From Desulfobacterales bacterium (GTDB lineage Bacteria > Desulfobacterota > Desulfobacteria > Desulfobacterales > JAQWFD01), in assembly GCA_028704555.1 (NCBI GenBank), contig JAQWFD010000007.1, positions 10,764 through 74,763 of the forward strand: a stretch of 64,000 bases of DNA. Reading direction: 5' to 3'. A program made the position numbers and the translations under genes. The notes beneath the pieces were generated by a model. The model saw only the letters and a program-made list of their open reading frames with translations. It was not told the DNA's origin and did no database searches. Below are positions 30,399 through 40,153 of the stretch, piece after piece. The first letter of the stretch is position 1. Every line of letters starts with the position of its first letter.

Positions 30399-30561
30399 CG
30401 GATTGTTGAAAAACAACAATCGGGTCGTCAGACAATGCGTTTTATGATTCGTCAAACGCAGCATGGCGTACCGATGCGTAATTTTCCAACATCCGAATGC
30501 AGGGGGCAGCCCCCGTGTCTGCTCAGCCAATCATTTTTCCTGTATATCTGCCAGCATTCTT

Positions 30562-31818
30562 TTACAGAATAACATACAGCCACCAGGTTCCGAATATCAG
30601 TGTTATCAAAGTTACGGGCAGCCCGGCTTTCAGGTAATCCATAAATCCCATATCGATATGCATCGAACTGGCTTTTTCCGCCACAATCAGGTTGGCGACC
30701 GAACCGATCAGGGTCAGGTTTCCGGCAAAGGTGGAGGCCATTGCCAGCAGGAGCCAGAAGCTGTCGCTGTAGCCGAAATGACTTCCCACGGGCTGGATCA
30801 GAATGACGGCCGGTACATTGCTGACGATATTGGAGAGAAATGCCGTGATACACGCCAGACCAAGATGACTTGCCAGACTGTTGTCCATAAAATATTTCGA
30901 GGTAAATGATAAGATGGATGTCATGTAACCGGCTTTTTCAAAGGCGCCCATCACCACAAACAGCCCGGCAAAAAAAAGAAGAATCGTCCAGTTCACGTTG
31001 ACGAGAACCTCCCGCGGGGGAACGCGTCCGATCAGGAAGATAACCGACATACCGGCCAGTACGGCCAGGGGATAGCCGGTCCTGGAGATGAAAAGTATCA
31101 GGACGCCTCCCAGTACAATGAGCGTTTTTATCATGAGGCGTTTTTTCAGGGGCGGAATCTCGTCGATGGCAACCGGAGTCAGCGGCCGGTTATGAATATC
31201 TTTTCGGAACAGCCACCGGATGACGGCATAATCGGCCACCAGTCCGACGACAACCGGAACGGTCATGACCCCGATGAATTTGAGAAAGGCCATGCCTGAC
31301 TGGACCCCGATATACATGTTCTGCGGATTTCCCGTTATGGTCAGTGCAGAGCCGATATTTGAGGCCGTGGCAATGGCAATCAGATAGGGCAGGGGATTGA
31401 GCCTGAGATAGGATGTGGCTTTGAGCAGAATCGGGGTGAAAAGCAGACAGACCGTGTCATTGACAAAAAAAGCGGACAGCAGGGCACAGACGGCGATGGT
31501 GGCGGCCAGCAGCTGGTTCGTTGAACGGGAAATCCTGACCAGCCACAATGCCGTATGTTCAAAAAAACCGGAAAATTCAAGATAGGCAATGATGACCATC
31601 ATCCCCAGTAAAAAGGTGATAACGTCCCAATCGACAAAGGAATAGGCCTCACGGACAGTCACCAGCCCGGTGAGCAGCAGCAGGGTGCTGCCGATGGTTA
31701 CTCCGGATGGCCGGTCAATTCGCAGCCCCGGAATTCGTTGAACGGTAATCAGGATATAGGTGATGATAAAAACCGATACAATTAATAAGCGATGTTCCAT
31801 TTTTCCCCGGCAGTTCAC
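30562..31818 (-). CDS. ArsB/NhaD (SLC13-like) family anion permease
   Basis: 418 aa, polytopic. IATASNIGSALTITGNPQNMYIG and GNLTLIGSVANLIV are hairpin motifs typical of this family. Confidence 0.7.
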   Translation of the reverse strand: MNCRGKMEHRLLIVSVFIITYILITVQRIPGLRIDRPSGVTIGSTLLLLTGLVTVREAYSFVDWDVITFLLGMMVIIAYLEFSGFFEHTALWLVRISRSTNQLLAATIAVCALLSAFFVNDTVCLLFTPILLKATSYLRLNPLPYLIAIATASNIGSALTITGNPQNMYIGVQSGMAFLKFIGVMTVPVVVGLVADYAVIRWLFRKDIHNRPLTPVAIDEIPPLKKRLMIKTLIVLGGVLILFISRTGYPLAVLAGMSVIFLIGRVPPREVLVNVNWTILLFFAGLFVVMGAFEKAGYMTSILSFTSKYFMDNSLASHLGLACITAFLSNIVSNVPAVILIQPVGSHFGYSDSFWLLLAMASTFAGNLTLIGSVANLIVAEKASSMHIDMGFMDYLKAGLPVTLITLIFGTWWLYVIL

Positions 31819-31947
31819 TGGGTTCGATTGTTGGGTCCGGTCCGTTTTTCCAGACGTTACACCGCCTGACGCGGCGGACCAGATGAGGTAACATGTTTTA
31901 TCCGGAAATTCCAGATCATACGCTTCTATTTTTTAAAATTTTCATTC

Positions 31948-31976
31948 TTGACATCTCCGGCTAAAGAAAGTATAGA
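31948..31976 (+). promoter_or_regulatory. sigma70-type promoter candidate for tRNA-Leu
   Basis: TTGACA (31948-31953), a 17-nt spacer, then TATAGA (31971-31976). It lies about 35 nt upstream of the tRNA 5' end. Confidence 0.5.
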
Positions 31977-32010
31977 TTTCTGGTTAATTGAGCAATTAAT
32001 TGTTTTTTGT

Positions 32011-32097
32011 GCCGAAGTGGCGGAACTGGTAGACGCGCTAGGTTCAGGGTCTAGTCGGAGTATTCCGGTGGGAGTTCGAGTCTCCCCTTCGGCACCA
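32011..32097 (+). tRNA. tRNA-Leu (anticodon CAG)
   Basis: 87 nt. Acceptor stem GCCGAAG/CTTCGGC, anticodon arm CTAGG-TTCAGGG-TCTAG, long variable arm, T-arm GGGAG-TTCGAGT-CTCCC, encoded CCA. Confidence 0.9.
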
Positions 32098-32109
32098 TAA
32101 AAAAATAAA

Positions 32110-32147
32110 GGCTGTAATCAGAATTGATTACAGCCTTTTGTTTTTTT
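32110..32147 (+). terminator. rho-independent terminator after tRNA-Leu
   Basis: GGCTGTAATCA-GAAT-TGATTACAGCC (11-bp stem) is followed by TTTTGTTTTTTT. Confidence 0.8.
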
Positions 32148-32378
32148 ATGGGCGCCCATTCCTTAATGGCGAATTTGTCATACCAGCAGAACGGGGACCG
32201 GTAAATTATGCTGCTGGACAAGCGTGAGTTGACCTGCTACATGACAAAGACCGAGTCTCAAAACGCCATACCAGGAAAGACAATATTCAATGCCTCGTTT
32301 GAGCCAGGCTGCGGTTTGGTCTTGTCGTTTGAAACCTCTGCCATTAACCCCGCACTACCGCGGGACGGCTGAAATTTG

Positions 32379-32447
32379 GGGCTTGATCATAACTGCGGCC
32401 ATATTTTGCTGTGTGTAGCCCGATTCCACCCGGGGCCACCTGCCTTT
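32379..32447 (+). mobile_element. MITE-like element, truncated copy A (one end only)
   Basis: GGGCTTGATCATAACTGCGGCCATATTTTGCTGTGTGTAGCC... matches the terminal 40 bp of the full copies. Similarity stops where the AT-rich island begins. Confidence 0.7.
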
Positions 32448-32465
32448 GATAAGAGAATTTAATTT

Positions 32466-33794
32466 ATGAAAAACAATAAATACAACTTAGCAGTAATTGG
32501 CGGCGGACCAGCTGGAATGATCGCGGCAGGACATGCAGCAGAATTCGGCTTCCGTGTTATTTTACTTGATAAAAACGAACGTCTGGGATTAAAGCTTTCA
32601 ATTACCGGGAAGGGCAGATGTAATATTACAAATGCGGAAGAGAATTTGAAAAAAATAATAGATAGTTATGGGAAAAATGGAAAATTTTTATATTCTGCTT
32701 TAAATCAATTTTCAAACAAAGATGCAGTGGCTTTTTTCGAAAGTCACGGACTTAAAACAAAAGTGGAAAGAGGCGGGAGAGTCTTTCCTGTCTCAGATAA
32801 TGCCAAAGATGTTGCAGAATGTTTAAAAAAATTTTTAAAAGATAACGATGTTGAAATTAAATTCAATAGTTCAGTAGAAAAAATAATTATCAGTAGCGAA
32901 AATTGTAATGCAAAAAAAATTGAAAAAATTATTTTAAAAAATGGAGAAGAAGTTTTCGCTGATAATTTTGTGTTTGCAACAGGAGGGAAATCTTACCCCG
33001 GGACGGGTTCTACCGGTGATGCATACAAATGGCTTAAAAATATAGGGCATACGGTTGTAGCGCCAAAGCCAGCCCTTACCCCTATTATTGTTAAAGAAGA
33101 AATAGTCAAAAAACTTGAAGGCTTAAGTTTGAAAAATGTAGAAGTAAGTTTATGGGAAAAACGCAAACTTGATTCTCGTTTTGGTGAAGCATCTTTTACG
33201 GGTAATGGTTTAAGCGGCCCGGTAGTATTGGATCTGAGTAAAAAAGTAAGTGAAAACAAAACAAAAGATTTAAAAATAAAAATAAATTTCAAACCTGCCC
33301 TTGATTACCCGATTTTAGACAAAAGAATCCTGAAGGATTTCGAAGAACAAAAAAACAAACAATTTAAAAACAGTTTAAATAAACTGCTGCCTAAAAAACT
33401 TATCCCTGTTATTATTGAATTGTCCGGAATTGACGAAAATAAAAAAGTAAATGAAGTGACAAAAATTGAAAGAAAAAAAATAATTAAACTTTTAACCGAA
33501 TTTGAGCTTAGCGTTAAAGGGCTTGTCGGTTTTGGAAAAGCGATTGTAACTTCAGGCGGAGTTGACTTGAAAGAAGTCGATCCAAAAACAATGAAGTCAA
33601 AAATAATAGACAATCTATATTTTGCCGGAGAAATTTTAGATATTGATGGCCCGACGGGTGGATATAATCTGCAAGTCGCGTGGAGTACCGGGTATCTGGC
33701 TGGTGAAAAGCGGCCGTTGGGTCGAAAACCGCCGGATTCAGGTCCGGAAAATGGCGATATAGAATGCTGCGGAGTCGATAAGCGGAGCGGATGA
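32466..33794 (+). CDS. HI0933/YhiN-like FAD-dependent oxidoreductase on an AT-rich island; the last ~30 codons read into host-composition DNA
   Basis: The GxGxxG start NLAVIGGGPAGMIAAGHAAE, ITGKGRCNITN, and C-terminal GEILDIDGPTGGYNLQVAWSTGYLAG. Codon usage is strikingly AT-rich compared with every neighbour. Confidence 0.8.
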   Translation: MKNNKYNLAVIGGGPAGMIAAGHAAEFGFRVILLDKNERLGLKLSITGKGRCNITNAEENLKKIIDSYGKNGKFLYSALNQFSNKDAVAFFESHGLKTKVERGGRVFPVSDNAKDVAECLKKFLKDNDVEIKFNSSVEKIIISSENCNAKKIEKIILKNGEEVFADNFVFATGGKSYPGTGSTGDAYKWLKNIGHTVVAPKPALTPIIVKEEIVKKLEGLSLKNVEVSLWEKRKLDSRFGEASFTGNGLSGPVVLDLSKKVSENKTKDLKIKINFKPALDYPILDKRILKDFEEQKNKQFKNSLNKLLPKKLIPVIIELSGIDENKKVNEVTKIERKKIIKLLTEFELSVKGLVGFGKAIVTSGGVDLKEVDPKTMKSKIIDNLYFAGEILDIDGPTGGYNLQVAWSTGYLAGEKRPLGRKPPDSGPENGDIECCGVDKRSG

Positions 33795-34118
33795 ATACGT
33801 AAAGACACCTTATGAAATAGAGAAGCTCGGTATGGCCGTTCGCATAAAACCGGATAAAGATTAGACGCATGTATTGTCACACATATAGCTATTTTCTGCA
33901 GGAAGTGTAGCTCTTACCGCCACAATCTCAATTTCTTAACACGGTATAACCGGAATCAGTTTGACGGCTTCCTGCAATACCGGGTATCAGGAGATTTTCC
34001 TATGGAAATGAGGTCTTTTTCCTATAGACAACAGAACGAAAAATTACTTAAACTGCGATTAATAAATTGAATTCATGAAGAATTCATGAAGAATTAATGG
34101 AAAGGAGAACATCACTTC

Positions 34119-34319
34119 ATGGCTAAGGGTACTGTGAAATGGTTTAACGACAGCAAGGGTTTTGGTTTTATCGAGCAGGAAGACGGACCGGATGTATTCG
34201 TACACCATTCTGCAATCATAGGGACCGGGTTTAAGTCTCTCAAGGAGGGTGACAGGGTTACTTTTGATGTCGAGCAGGGCCAAAAGGGGCCTACGGCAGT
34301 CAATGTCAAGGTAGAGTAG
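34119..34319 (+). CDS. cold-shock protein (CspA family)
   Basis: [33 protein letters not shown] contains the RNP1/RNP2 motifs. 66 aa. Confidence 0.95.
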   Translation: MAKGTVKWFNDSKGFGFIEQEDGPDVFVHHSAIIGTGFKSLKEGDRVTFDVEQGQKGPTAVNVKVE

Positions 34320-34355
34320 CACGGGACGGGCCGGCTTTCGGTTACCGTATTAAAA

Positions 34356-34393
34356 AAGGGCGTTCCTTTAAATTGTGAGGGAACGCCCTTTTT
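34356..34393 (+). terminator. rho-independent terminator after csp
   Basis: GGGCGTTCC (34358-34366) pairs with GGAACGCCC (34380-34388) and is followed by TTTTT. Confidence 0.75.
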
Positions 34394-34718
34394 CAGTTTA
34401 ATACCCTGTCGATTGCGCAGGCAGTGGGGCGCAGGAAAGGTGGCAGGCAAATTATGTTGGCCGTGGCAGGAAAAAAAGACAGCAGTCTGATGAATGAAAA
34501 AAACGGAGAACATCCACCAACGGATGGAAGGCTTCATCGAACGGTAAAAGCAGCACAATACGCATATCGATAAAATGGTCGTGGACTATGAATTTGTCAA
34601 AAAATTCTGGGGAATTTCATCTCAATATGTGGTATCCAGTCAATCACAGAACGAGTAACCCGTTAGAATAATGGAATGAGATGATATCCCGGAAAGGGTT
34701 TGACAGGAGATAAGATTC

Positions 34719-35933
34719 ATGACAATGGTCCCTTTTTCAGAGCTTCAATGCCGGTGGCAAAGCTGCCGTGCGCTGCTTCATGAGCAATTCAGTGATGCCG
34801 GTGGCATACTGGTATTTTCCCGATTGAACATTTACTACCTGACCGGCACGTTTGGAAATGGCCTGTTCTGGCTTCCGATGGAAGGCAGTCCGGTGCTGCT
34901 TTGCAGGCGGGGACTGGAACGGGCCCGTCTGGAATCACCCGTCGAAACCATCGTGCCGTTTCGAAGCTACAGGGAAATTATCGAAATCCTTAAAAATGCC
35001 GGATCCCCGTTGGCAGAAACCGTTGGGGTGGAAATGAACGCTCTGTCATGGACGTTGGGAATGAAACTCAAGGAGGATCTTCCTGACCGGCATTTTGTCA
35101 GGGCCGATATGGTGCTGTCCATGACCCGGAGTGTCAAGTCCGCATGGGAACTGGATAAAATAAGACAGGCCGGGGCAAAACATGACAAGTGCCTGCGGCA
35201 ATTGCTTCCTGAGCTTTTGTCTGAGGGCATGACTGAAACCCAGGTAGCGCATGCCGTCTGGAAAGTTTTTTTCTCAGAGCAGCATCAGGGACTTTTAAGA
35301 ATGGAAAAATACGGGGAAGAGGTTTTTCTGGGCCATATCTCAGTTGGTGAAAGCGCGAATTACCCCAGTGTCTATAATGGACCGGTCGGGTTGCGGGGGG
35401 TAAGCCCTGCCGTCCCCCATATGGGTTCACAGCAGATAAGCTGGGAGCAGGGTGCCCCGCTGGTCTGCGATGTCGGATTCATGCTCGACGGGTATCAGAC
35501 AGATAAAACCCAGGTATACTGGCTGGGGCGGGAGGACAGCATTCCTTCAATGGTCAGAAAAGCACAGGACTTCTGTATCGATGTGCAGGACTGGCTTGCC
35601 CGGAATCTGAAACCCGGGGCCATTCCGGCAGAGCTGTGGGAACATTGTTCTGCCTGGGCAAAAAAAGCCGGCTGGTCCGAAGGATACATGGCGCTGGGAG
35701 GAAACAAGGTCGATTTTGTCGGTCACGGCATCGGTCTGGCAATTGATGAATTTCCGGTACTGGCAAAGGGGTTTGATCACCCGCTGAAAGAAGGGATGGT
35801 GTTGGCACTTGAACCCAAGATCGGAATCCGGGGAATTGGCATGGCAGGGGTTGAAAATACCTTTGAAGTAACCCCGGAAGGGGGTAAATCCCTGACCGGA
35901 GAGCAATATGATATCGTGTGCATCCCGGGGTGA
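34719..35933 (+). CDS. M24-family metallopeptidase (Xaa-Pro aminopeptidase/creatinase-like)
   Basis: Creatinase-like N-domain followed by the pita-bread fold: DVGFMLDGYQTDKT, HGIGLAIDEFP, LEPKIG, VENTFEVT. Confidence 0.8.
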   Translation: MTMVPFSELQCRWQSCRALLHEQFSDAGGILVFSRLNIYYLTGTFGNGLFWLPMEGSPVLLCRRGLERARLESPVETIVPFRSYREIIEILKNAGSPLAETVGVEMNALSWTLGMKLKEDLPDRHFVRADMVLSMTRSVKSAWELDKIRQAGAKHDKCLRQLLPELLSEGMTETQVAHAVWKVFFSEQHQGLLRMEKYGEEVFLGHISVGESANYPSVYNGPVGLRGVSPAVPHMGSQQISWEQGAPLVCDVGFMLDGYQTDKTQVYWLGREDSIPSMVRKAQDFCIDVQDWLARNLKPGAIPAELWEHCSAWAKKAGWSEGYMALGGNKVDFVGHGIGLAIDEFPVLAKGFDHPLKEGMVLALEPKIGIRGIGMAGVENTFEVTPEGGKSLTGEQYDIVCIPG

Positions 35934-36099
35934 GTAAAACCCGGCAGGGCAACTGCCATGGAACTTCATTTTTGAAATACAGGCGTTACCTGCGTAAAGG
36001 TGAAGAATATTTTATCAGCAGGTTACAGACGGAGGGCCGTTGCGTTTGAGGGGCGGAAGCTTTGTTCCTTTGAGGGGGTTAGCAGATAAAAGTTTTTTG

Positions 36100-36226
36100 G
36101 GGCTTGATCATACCTGCGGCCATATTCTCTCTTACGTGTAGTTTCGAAGTCCCGGCCGTTGCCCCGTATCGTGCTGGAGAAGCCGGGAACGGCCGAAACG
36201 GTTCTCACGACGTTATGACCAAGCCT
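36100..36226 (+). mobile_element. MITE-like element, copy B (degenerate right end)
   Basis: Begins GGGCTTGATCATACCTGCGGCCATAT and ends CGTTATGACCAAGCCT. Flanking 8-mers are GTTTTTTG (36092-36099) and GCTTTTTG (36227-36234). Confidence 0.75.
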
Positions 36227-36296
36227 GCTTTTTGCTTCCTGGCTTTTGCCTCAAACGAGGTGCTCCTCATGCGCTTCAGCCCGCCCGCAAGGGCGG
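36227..36296 (+). repeat. dispersed repeat family 2, copy 2
   Basis: GCTTTTTGCTTCCTGGCTTTTGCCTCAAACGAGGTGCTCCTCATGCGCTTCAGCCCGCCCGCAAGGGCGG. It ends about 33 nt before the ATG at 36330. Confidence 0.75.
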
Positions 36297-36329
36297 TAAT
36301 ATCGGATTTTCTTCAGGGGGGGACTATTT

Positions 36330-37436
36330 ATGCAGATTGAGCCATTTAAACTGGAAAGATATTTTGCGGAATATGAATTCAATGCACCGCATCTGTTATG
36401 CTGCTCGGATTGTGAATCCCTGTCTATAGGTGATGTTCTCGATATGGAGCCGGGGGCTGAAGACGAGCTTAAAAAATTATGGCTCGGCTATACGCAGAGC
36501 AAAGGCGCTCCTTTGCTGCGGGAACAGATCGCCGCGCTGTATCCGGGGATCAGCCCGGATCAGATACTGGTCCACACCGGTGCCGAGGAGGCGATATTCA
36601 ATACCATGAACGCCGTTTTACAAAAAGGCGATCACGTGATCGTGCATTATCCGTGCTACCAGTCCCTGATGGAGGTGGCAGCGTCTCTGGGCTGTGAAAC
36701 GACGTTATGGAAAACTTACGAGCACAGCGACTGGGCACTGGATCTGGCTGTCCTGAAAAAAAACATCCGGCCCAATACCCGGCTGGTGGTGATCAACTGC
36801 CCTCACAATCCGACCGGATATGTCATGGCGTCTGATGCCTTTGCCGAATTGGTGGAATTGTCTCAAAAACATGGCTTCATGATCTTTTCTGACGAGGTAT
36901 ACCGTTTTCTTGAATATGATGCGCAGGACCGGCTGCCGTCAATCTGTGAGGTGGATGACCGGGGTGTCGCGTTAGGGGTCATGTCTAAGGCTTTCGGACT
37001 TGCCGGGCTTCGGATCGGCTGGATTGCAACGCGCAATCGGCAGGCATATGAAAAAATCGCCTCTTTCAAGGACTACACCACGATCTGCAACAGCGCGCCT
37101 GCCGAGTTTCTTTCGATGATTGCGTTAAAACACAAAAATCGGATTTTGAGCCGGAATCTGAACAGGCTCAAAAATAATCTGGCTGCCCTGAACCGGTTTT
37201 TTCAGAAGTATCCGGATATGTTTCAATGGACAGCGCCAAAGGCCGGTCCGATCGCCTTCCCATCCCTCAGGAAAGGGGCCGTCGATCAATTTTGTCATGA
37301 TCTGGTTACCCGTGCCGGGGTGCTGCTGCTTCCGGGAACATTGTATGATGCCTCATGCCCGAATTTTCGCATCGGATTCGGCCGGGCGAATATGGTGAAA
37401 TGCCTCCGGAAATTTGATGATTACCTGCAGCAGTGA
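36330..37436 (+). CDS. class I/II PLP-dependent aminotransferase
   Basis: 368 aa. N-terminal PFKLERYFAEYEFNAPHLLCCSD and the lysine motif VMSKAFGLAGLRIGWI. Confidence 0.8.
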   Translation: MQIEPFKLERYFAEYEFNAPHLLCCSDCESLSIGDVLDMEPGAEDELKKLWLGYTQSKGAPLLREQIAALYPGISPDQILVHTGAEEAIFNTMNAVLQKGDHVIVHYPCYQSLMEVAASLGCETTLWKTYEHSDWALDLAVLKKNIRPNTRLVVINCPHNPTGYVMASDAFAELVELSQKHGFMIFSDEVYRFLEYDAQDRLPSICEVDDRGVALGVMSKAFGLAGLRIGWIATRNRQAYEKIASFKDYTTICNSAPAEFLSMIALKHKNRILSRNLNRLKNNLAALNRFFQKYPDMFQWTAPKAGPIAFPSLRKGAVDQFCHDLVTRAGVLLLPGTLYDASCPNFRIGFGRANMVKCLRKFDDYLQQ

Positions 37437-37515
37437 CCAGTGGCAGGGGCGGCTCAACGCTCGTATGCCGGGGAATATGAGCGCCATGGCCATTAACCGT
37501 ATCGATGAGGTGCTG

Positions 37516-37526
37516 CCCCCCCCCCC
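37516..37526. repeat. homopolymeric C11 tract
   Basis: Eleven consecutive C residues, counted directly. They sit at the boundary between normal-composition DNA and the roughly 570-bp AT-rich non-coding leader of the GT2 gene. Confidence 0.9.
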
Positions 37527-38096
37527 TCCATATTAAAATCGTTTATAAAATCTCATCTGAAAAATCATCGGGAATTGTGGCGAAAATTGAGAAAAATTTA
37601 AAAAATGAGAGTTTTTTCCTTGCGACTTTATAAATTTCAAAATACACTGTTGAAAATGTAGCCAGCCAAATCCATTTAACCTGAATGAGCCGGTCTCAAG
37701 GGCTGAACTAAACTATCATATTGAAATTCAATTGATTCGCTTCAAAGCAACTCTCTGGATACAGCTCAGAGCGTACGTTTCAATATTCAAAAGCGACCTT
37801 TAAAAAAATTTCATGCAACCCGGAACTGTTTTTTACCTTGCGTTCTCAATGCCTCGAGCGAAACGGGCGGTATGAATATTTTTCATGGAAGGGCGACCCT
37901 ACCTGTCTGGATATTTTTTATAAGCTTGTAACATACTGAAATCTTTTTTAATAAACAATTAAGGAGGTATAATTTTTCCTTGTTGACTTTATTCTGAGGC
38001 GGCAGTAAAACAATCCGTCCCATGATCAGGTCGGAAGAGAAAACCTTTATCGAACATGGAAATAACATTAAATTTTGTTAAATCGAGGATAATCAT

Positions 38097-39704
38097 ATGA
38101 CAACTCATATAACTAAACCCCAGTGCCGATTGCCGGTAACCAGGTTCTCCGGAACCGGCTGTGCTCAGGGGGAAAAAACAGCGGTAAGGCGTTTTGAAAA
38201 AATTCCTGATCCGGTTCATACGAAACCGGAATTTTTAATCAAATTTATAATTTTTGTATCAATCGGAGTGGTCATCCTTTCTGCCATCATGAGTTTTGAT
38301 CGGATTGAATCTACCCATGAGTTCATGAACCAGAATGCCTGGGGAAGCTGGTTTCTGCTGTGGGGTAAGATTTTCCTGGGGGTCAGCCTGGCGGCCTTTC
38401 TGTGGCGATTATACCTTGTGTGCCGTTACCGGCCTGCGCCGGCTTGTCTGGATGCGCAGCTTCCGGTATGTACGGTGGTGGTTCCCGCTTACAATGAGGG
38501 GCAGCAGGTACTGGCGACCTTGAAGAGTCTTGCAGCCAACGACTATCCTCCGGAAAAGCTGAAAATTATCGCGGTTGATGATGGAAGCGCAGATGATACC
38601 TGGCATTGGATACAATCGGCTAAAAGGGAACTCACCGGCCGGATTCTCACCATAAAACTGCCGGTAAACCGTGGCAAGCGACACGCGCTCTATGCGGGAT
38701 TTCAGAAAAGCATCGGCGAAGTTCTCGTGACGGTGGACAGTGATTCGGTGGTCGACAGGCAGACGCTCAGGCAACTGGTCAGCCCCTTTGTGCAAAATCA
38801 ACGCGTTGGAGCGGTAGCCGGAAATGTCCGGGTGCTTAACCGGCACAAGGGTATCATTCCGCGAATGCTCGATATAATCTTTGTATTCAGCTTTGACTTC
38901 ATGCGAGCCAGCCAGAGCATGGTTGACACGGTGATGTGCACGCCGGGGGCTCTGTCCGCATATCGTCGTTCGATTGTCATGAATGTTCTGGAAGAATGGC
39001 TCGGGCAGACGTTTTTCGGAAAACCGGCAAACATCGGTGAAGACCGCGCGATGACCAATCTGATTCTTCGGGAAGGGCATTTTGTCCGCTTCCAGCAGAA
39101 TGCGATCGTCTATACCAATGTGCCGGTTGGCTACAATAACCTGTGCAGGATGTTTTTGCGGTGGGCCCGAAGCAATATCCGGGAATCGATTGTCATGAGT
39201 TGTTTTATATTCCGGCGGTTTCGTACAGAATCCATGCTGGGTGCCCGGATCAATCTGATTTTGCAGCTGCTTTCCTTGACAAAATCCCAGGCCCTTCTGG
39301 CGGTGACCCTGATCTGTTTTGTATGGCAGCCGACGGTGTTTGGGGTCAATATCCTGGTCGGGGTTGTGATCGGCTCATCGTTTCCAGCCGTGCTCTACGC
39401 ATTAAAACGCCGAAGCAGTGACTGTCTGCTGGCCTACCTGTATGGAATCTTCTGGATGATCGGTCTGACCTGGATAACGCCGTTTGCCCTGTTGACGCCG
39501 CATAAATCCGGCTGGCTGACACGTCAGATCAAAAAGACGGATGCGCCCTCAGGAGAACCTGTCCCGGCTGCATTTCCGGGTATTCGGGGCTCTCTTGTTG
39601 AGGTGGTGCCTCCTTCGATGAATACCACCACCGCCAACAGCCTGGTAGCGCCTTATATGCTTCAACCGCACTGTAATCGTCGGGTTTCTGCAAAGTCGGT
39701 ATAG
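38097..39704 (+). CDS. family 2 glycosyltransferase, NodC/hyaluronan-synthase-like membrane-integrated processive synthase
   Basis: VVVPAYNEG, AVDDGSADDT, TVDSDSVV, GEDRAMT and FLRWARSN (xxRW motif). There are N- and C-terminal TM helices and a GAGGA Shine-Dalgarno upstream. Confidence 0.75.
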   Translation: MTTHITKPQCRLPVTRFSGTGCAQGEKTAVRRFEKIPDPVHTKPEFLIKFIIFVSIGVVILSAIMSFDRIESTHEFMNQNAWGSWFLLWGKIFLGVSLAAFLWRLYLVCRYRPAPACLDAQLPVCTVVVPAYNEGQQVLATLKSLAANDYPPEKLKIIAVDDGSADDTWHWIQSAKRELTGRILTIKLPVNRGKRHALYAGFQKSIGEVLVTVDSDSVVDRQTLRQLVSPFVQNQRVGAVAGNVRVLNRHKGIIPRMLDIIFVFSFDFMRASQSMVDTVMCTPGALSAYRRSIVMNVLEEWLGQTFFGKPANIGEDRAMTNLILREGHFVRFQQNAIVYTNVPVGYNNLCRMFLRWARSNIRESIVMSCFIFRRFRTESMLGARINLILQLLSLTKSQALLAVTLICFVWQPTVFGVNILVGVVIGSSFPAVLYALKRRSSDCLLAYLYGIFWMIGLTWITPFALLTPHKSGWLTRQIKKTDAPSGEPVPAAFPGIRGSLVEVVPPSMNTTTANSLVAPYMLQPHCNRRVSAKSV

Positions 39705-39915
39705 AAAGCGCCGGCAGACAGCGTGCCTGAATGCCCGTATGAATCTGTATCACTGGATACGGCTCCATGAACGGTTGAGGCCTTTGGCGACGTATGCCTG
39801 AGAGCTTGTCAACAGAACAGATTGACATTATATGACTGCGTTTGAAAACTAACGCGGGCCGTGCCCGCAACCCAATTTACATGGAATTGCCGTTACAAAA
39901 AACGTTTTAATTTTC

Positions 39916-40078
39916 GGGCTTGATCATTACTGCGGCCATATTTTGCTGTGCGTAGCCTCGAAGTCCCGCCCATTGCCGGCGTACGACATGGCCACGGTAT
40001 CCCCCGGATCGTGCTGGAGAAGCCGACAATGGGCGGGGCGGACCCCGTGACATTGTGGCCGCAGTTATGATCAAGCCC
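39916..40078 (+). mobile_element. MITE-like element, copy C (full length)
   Basis: GGGCTTGATCATTACTGCGGCCATATTTTGCTG ... CATTGTGGCCGCAGTTATGATCAAGCCC. The internal pair CCCGCCCATTGCCGGC/GCCGACAATGGGCGGGG is self-complementary. Confidence 0.8.
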
Positions 40079-40153
40079 TTTTTTCTGACATTCCGCTTGC
40101 CGTAATTCCGCTTCTGTGTCAGTTCATAACCTTTTCCCCGGAGTCTGCGCATA

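Noticed and set aside
30401-30421. Inverted repeat GATTGTTG-AAAAA-CAACAATC right after the nitroreductase stop, a possible terminator.
   Set aside because: The stem is only 8 bp and AT-rich, and no T-tract follows. That is too weak to call.
32148-32378. A search for integrase, att-type duplication of the tRNA-Leu 3' end, or other genomic-island hallmarks around the AT-rich insertion.
   Set aside because: I found none by eye. There is no repeat of the tRNA 3' segment downstream of the island and no recombinase ORF. I therefore report the island only as a compositional anomaly.
33305-33880. 191-aa minus-strand ORF inside the AT-rich island.
   Set aside because: It is antisense to the well-supported flavoprotein frame. 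Its product is low-complexity and Ser/Phe/Ile/Lys-rich with no motifs.
36104-36340. This tracked ORF and the one at 24871-25068 share the peptide FASNEVLL, hinting at a small paralogous protein.
   Set aside because: The similarity is explained by the nucleotide-level dispersed repeat (family 2), and here also by MITE copy B. The third copy at 63621-63700 has no such ORF. There is no start or RBS context.
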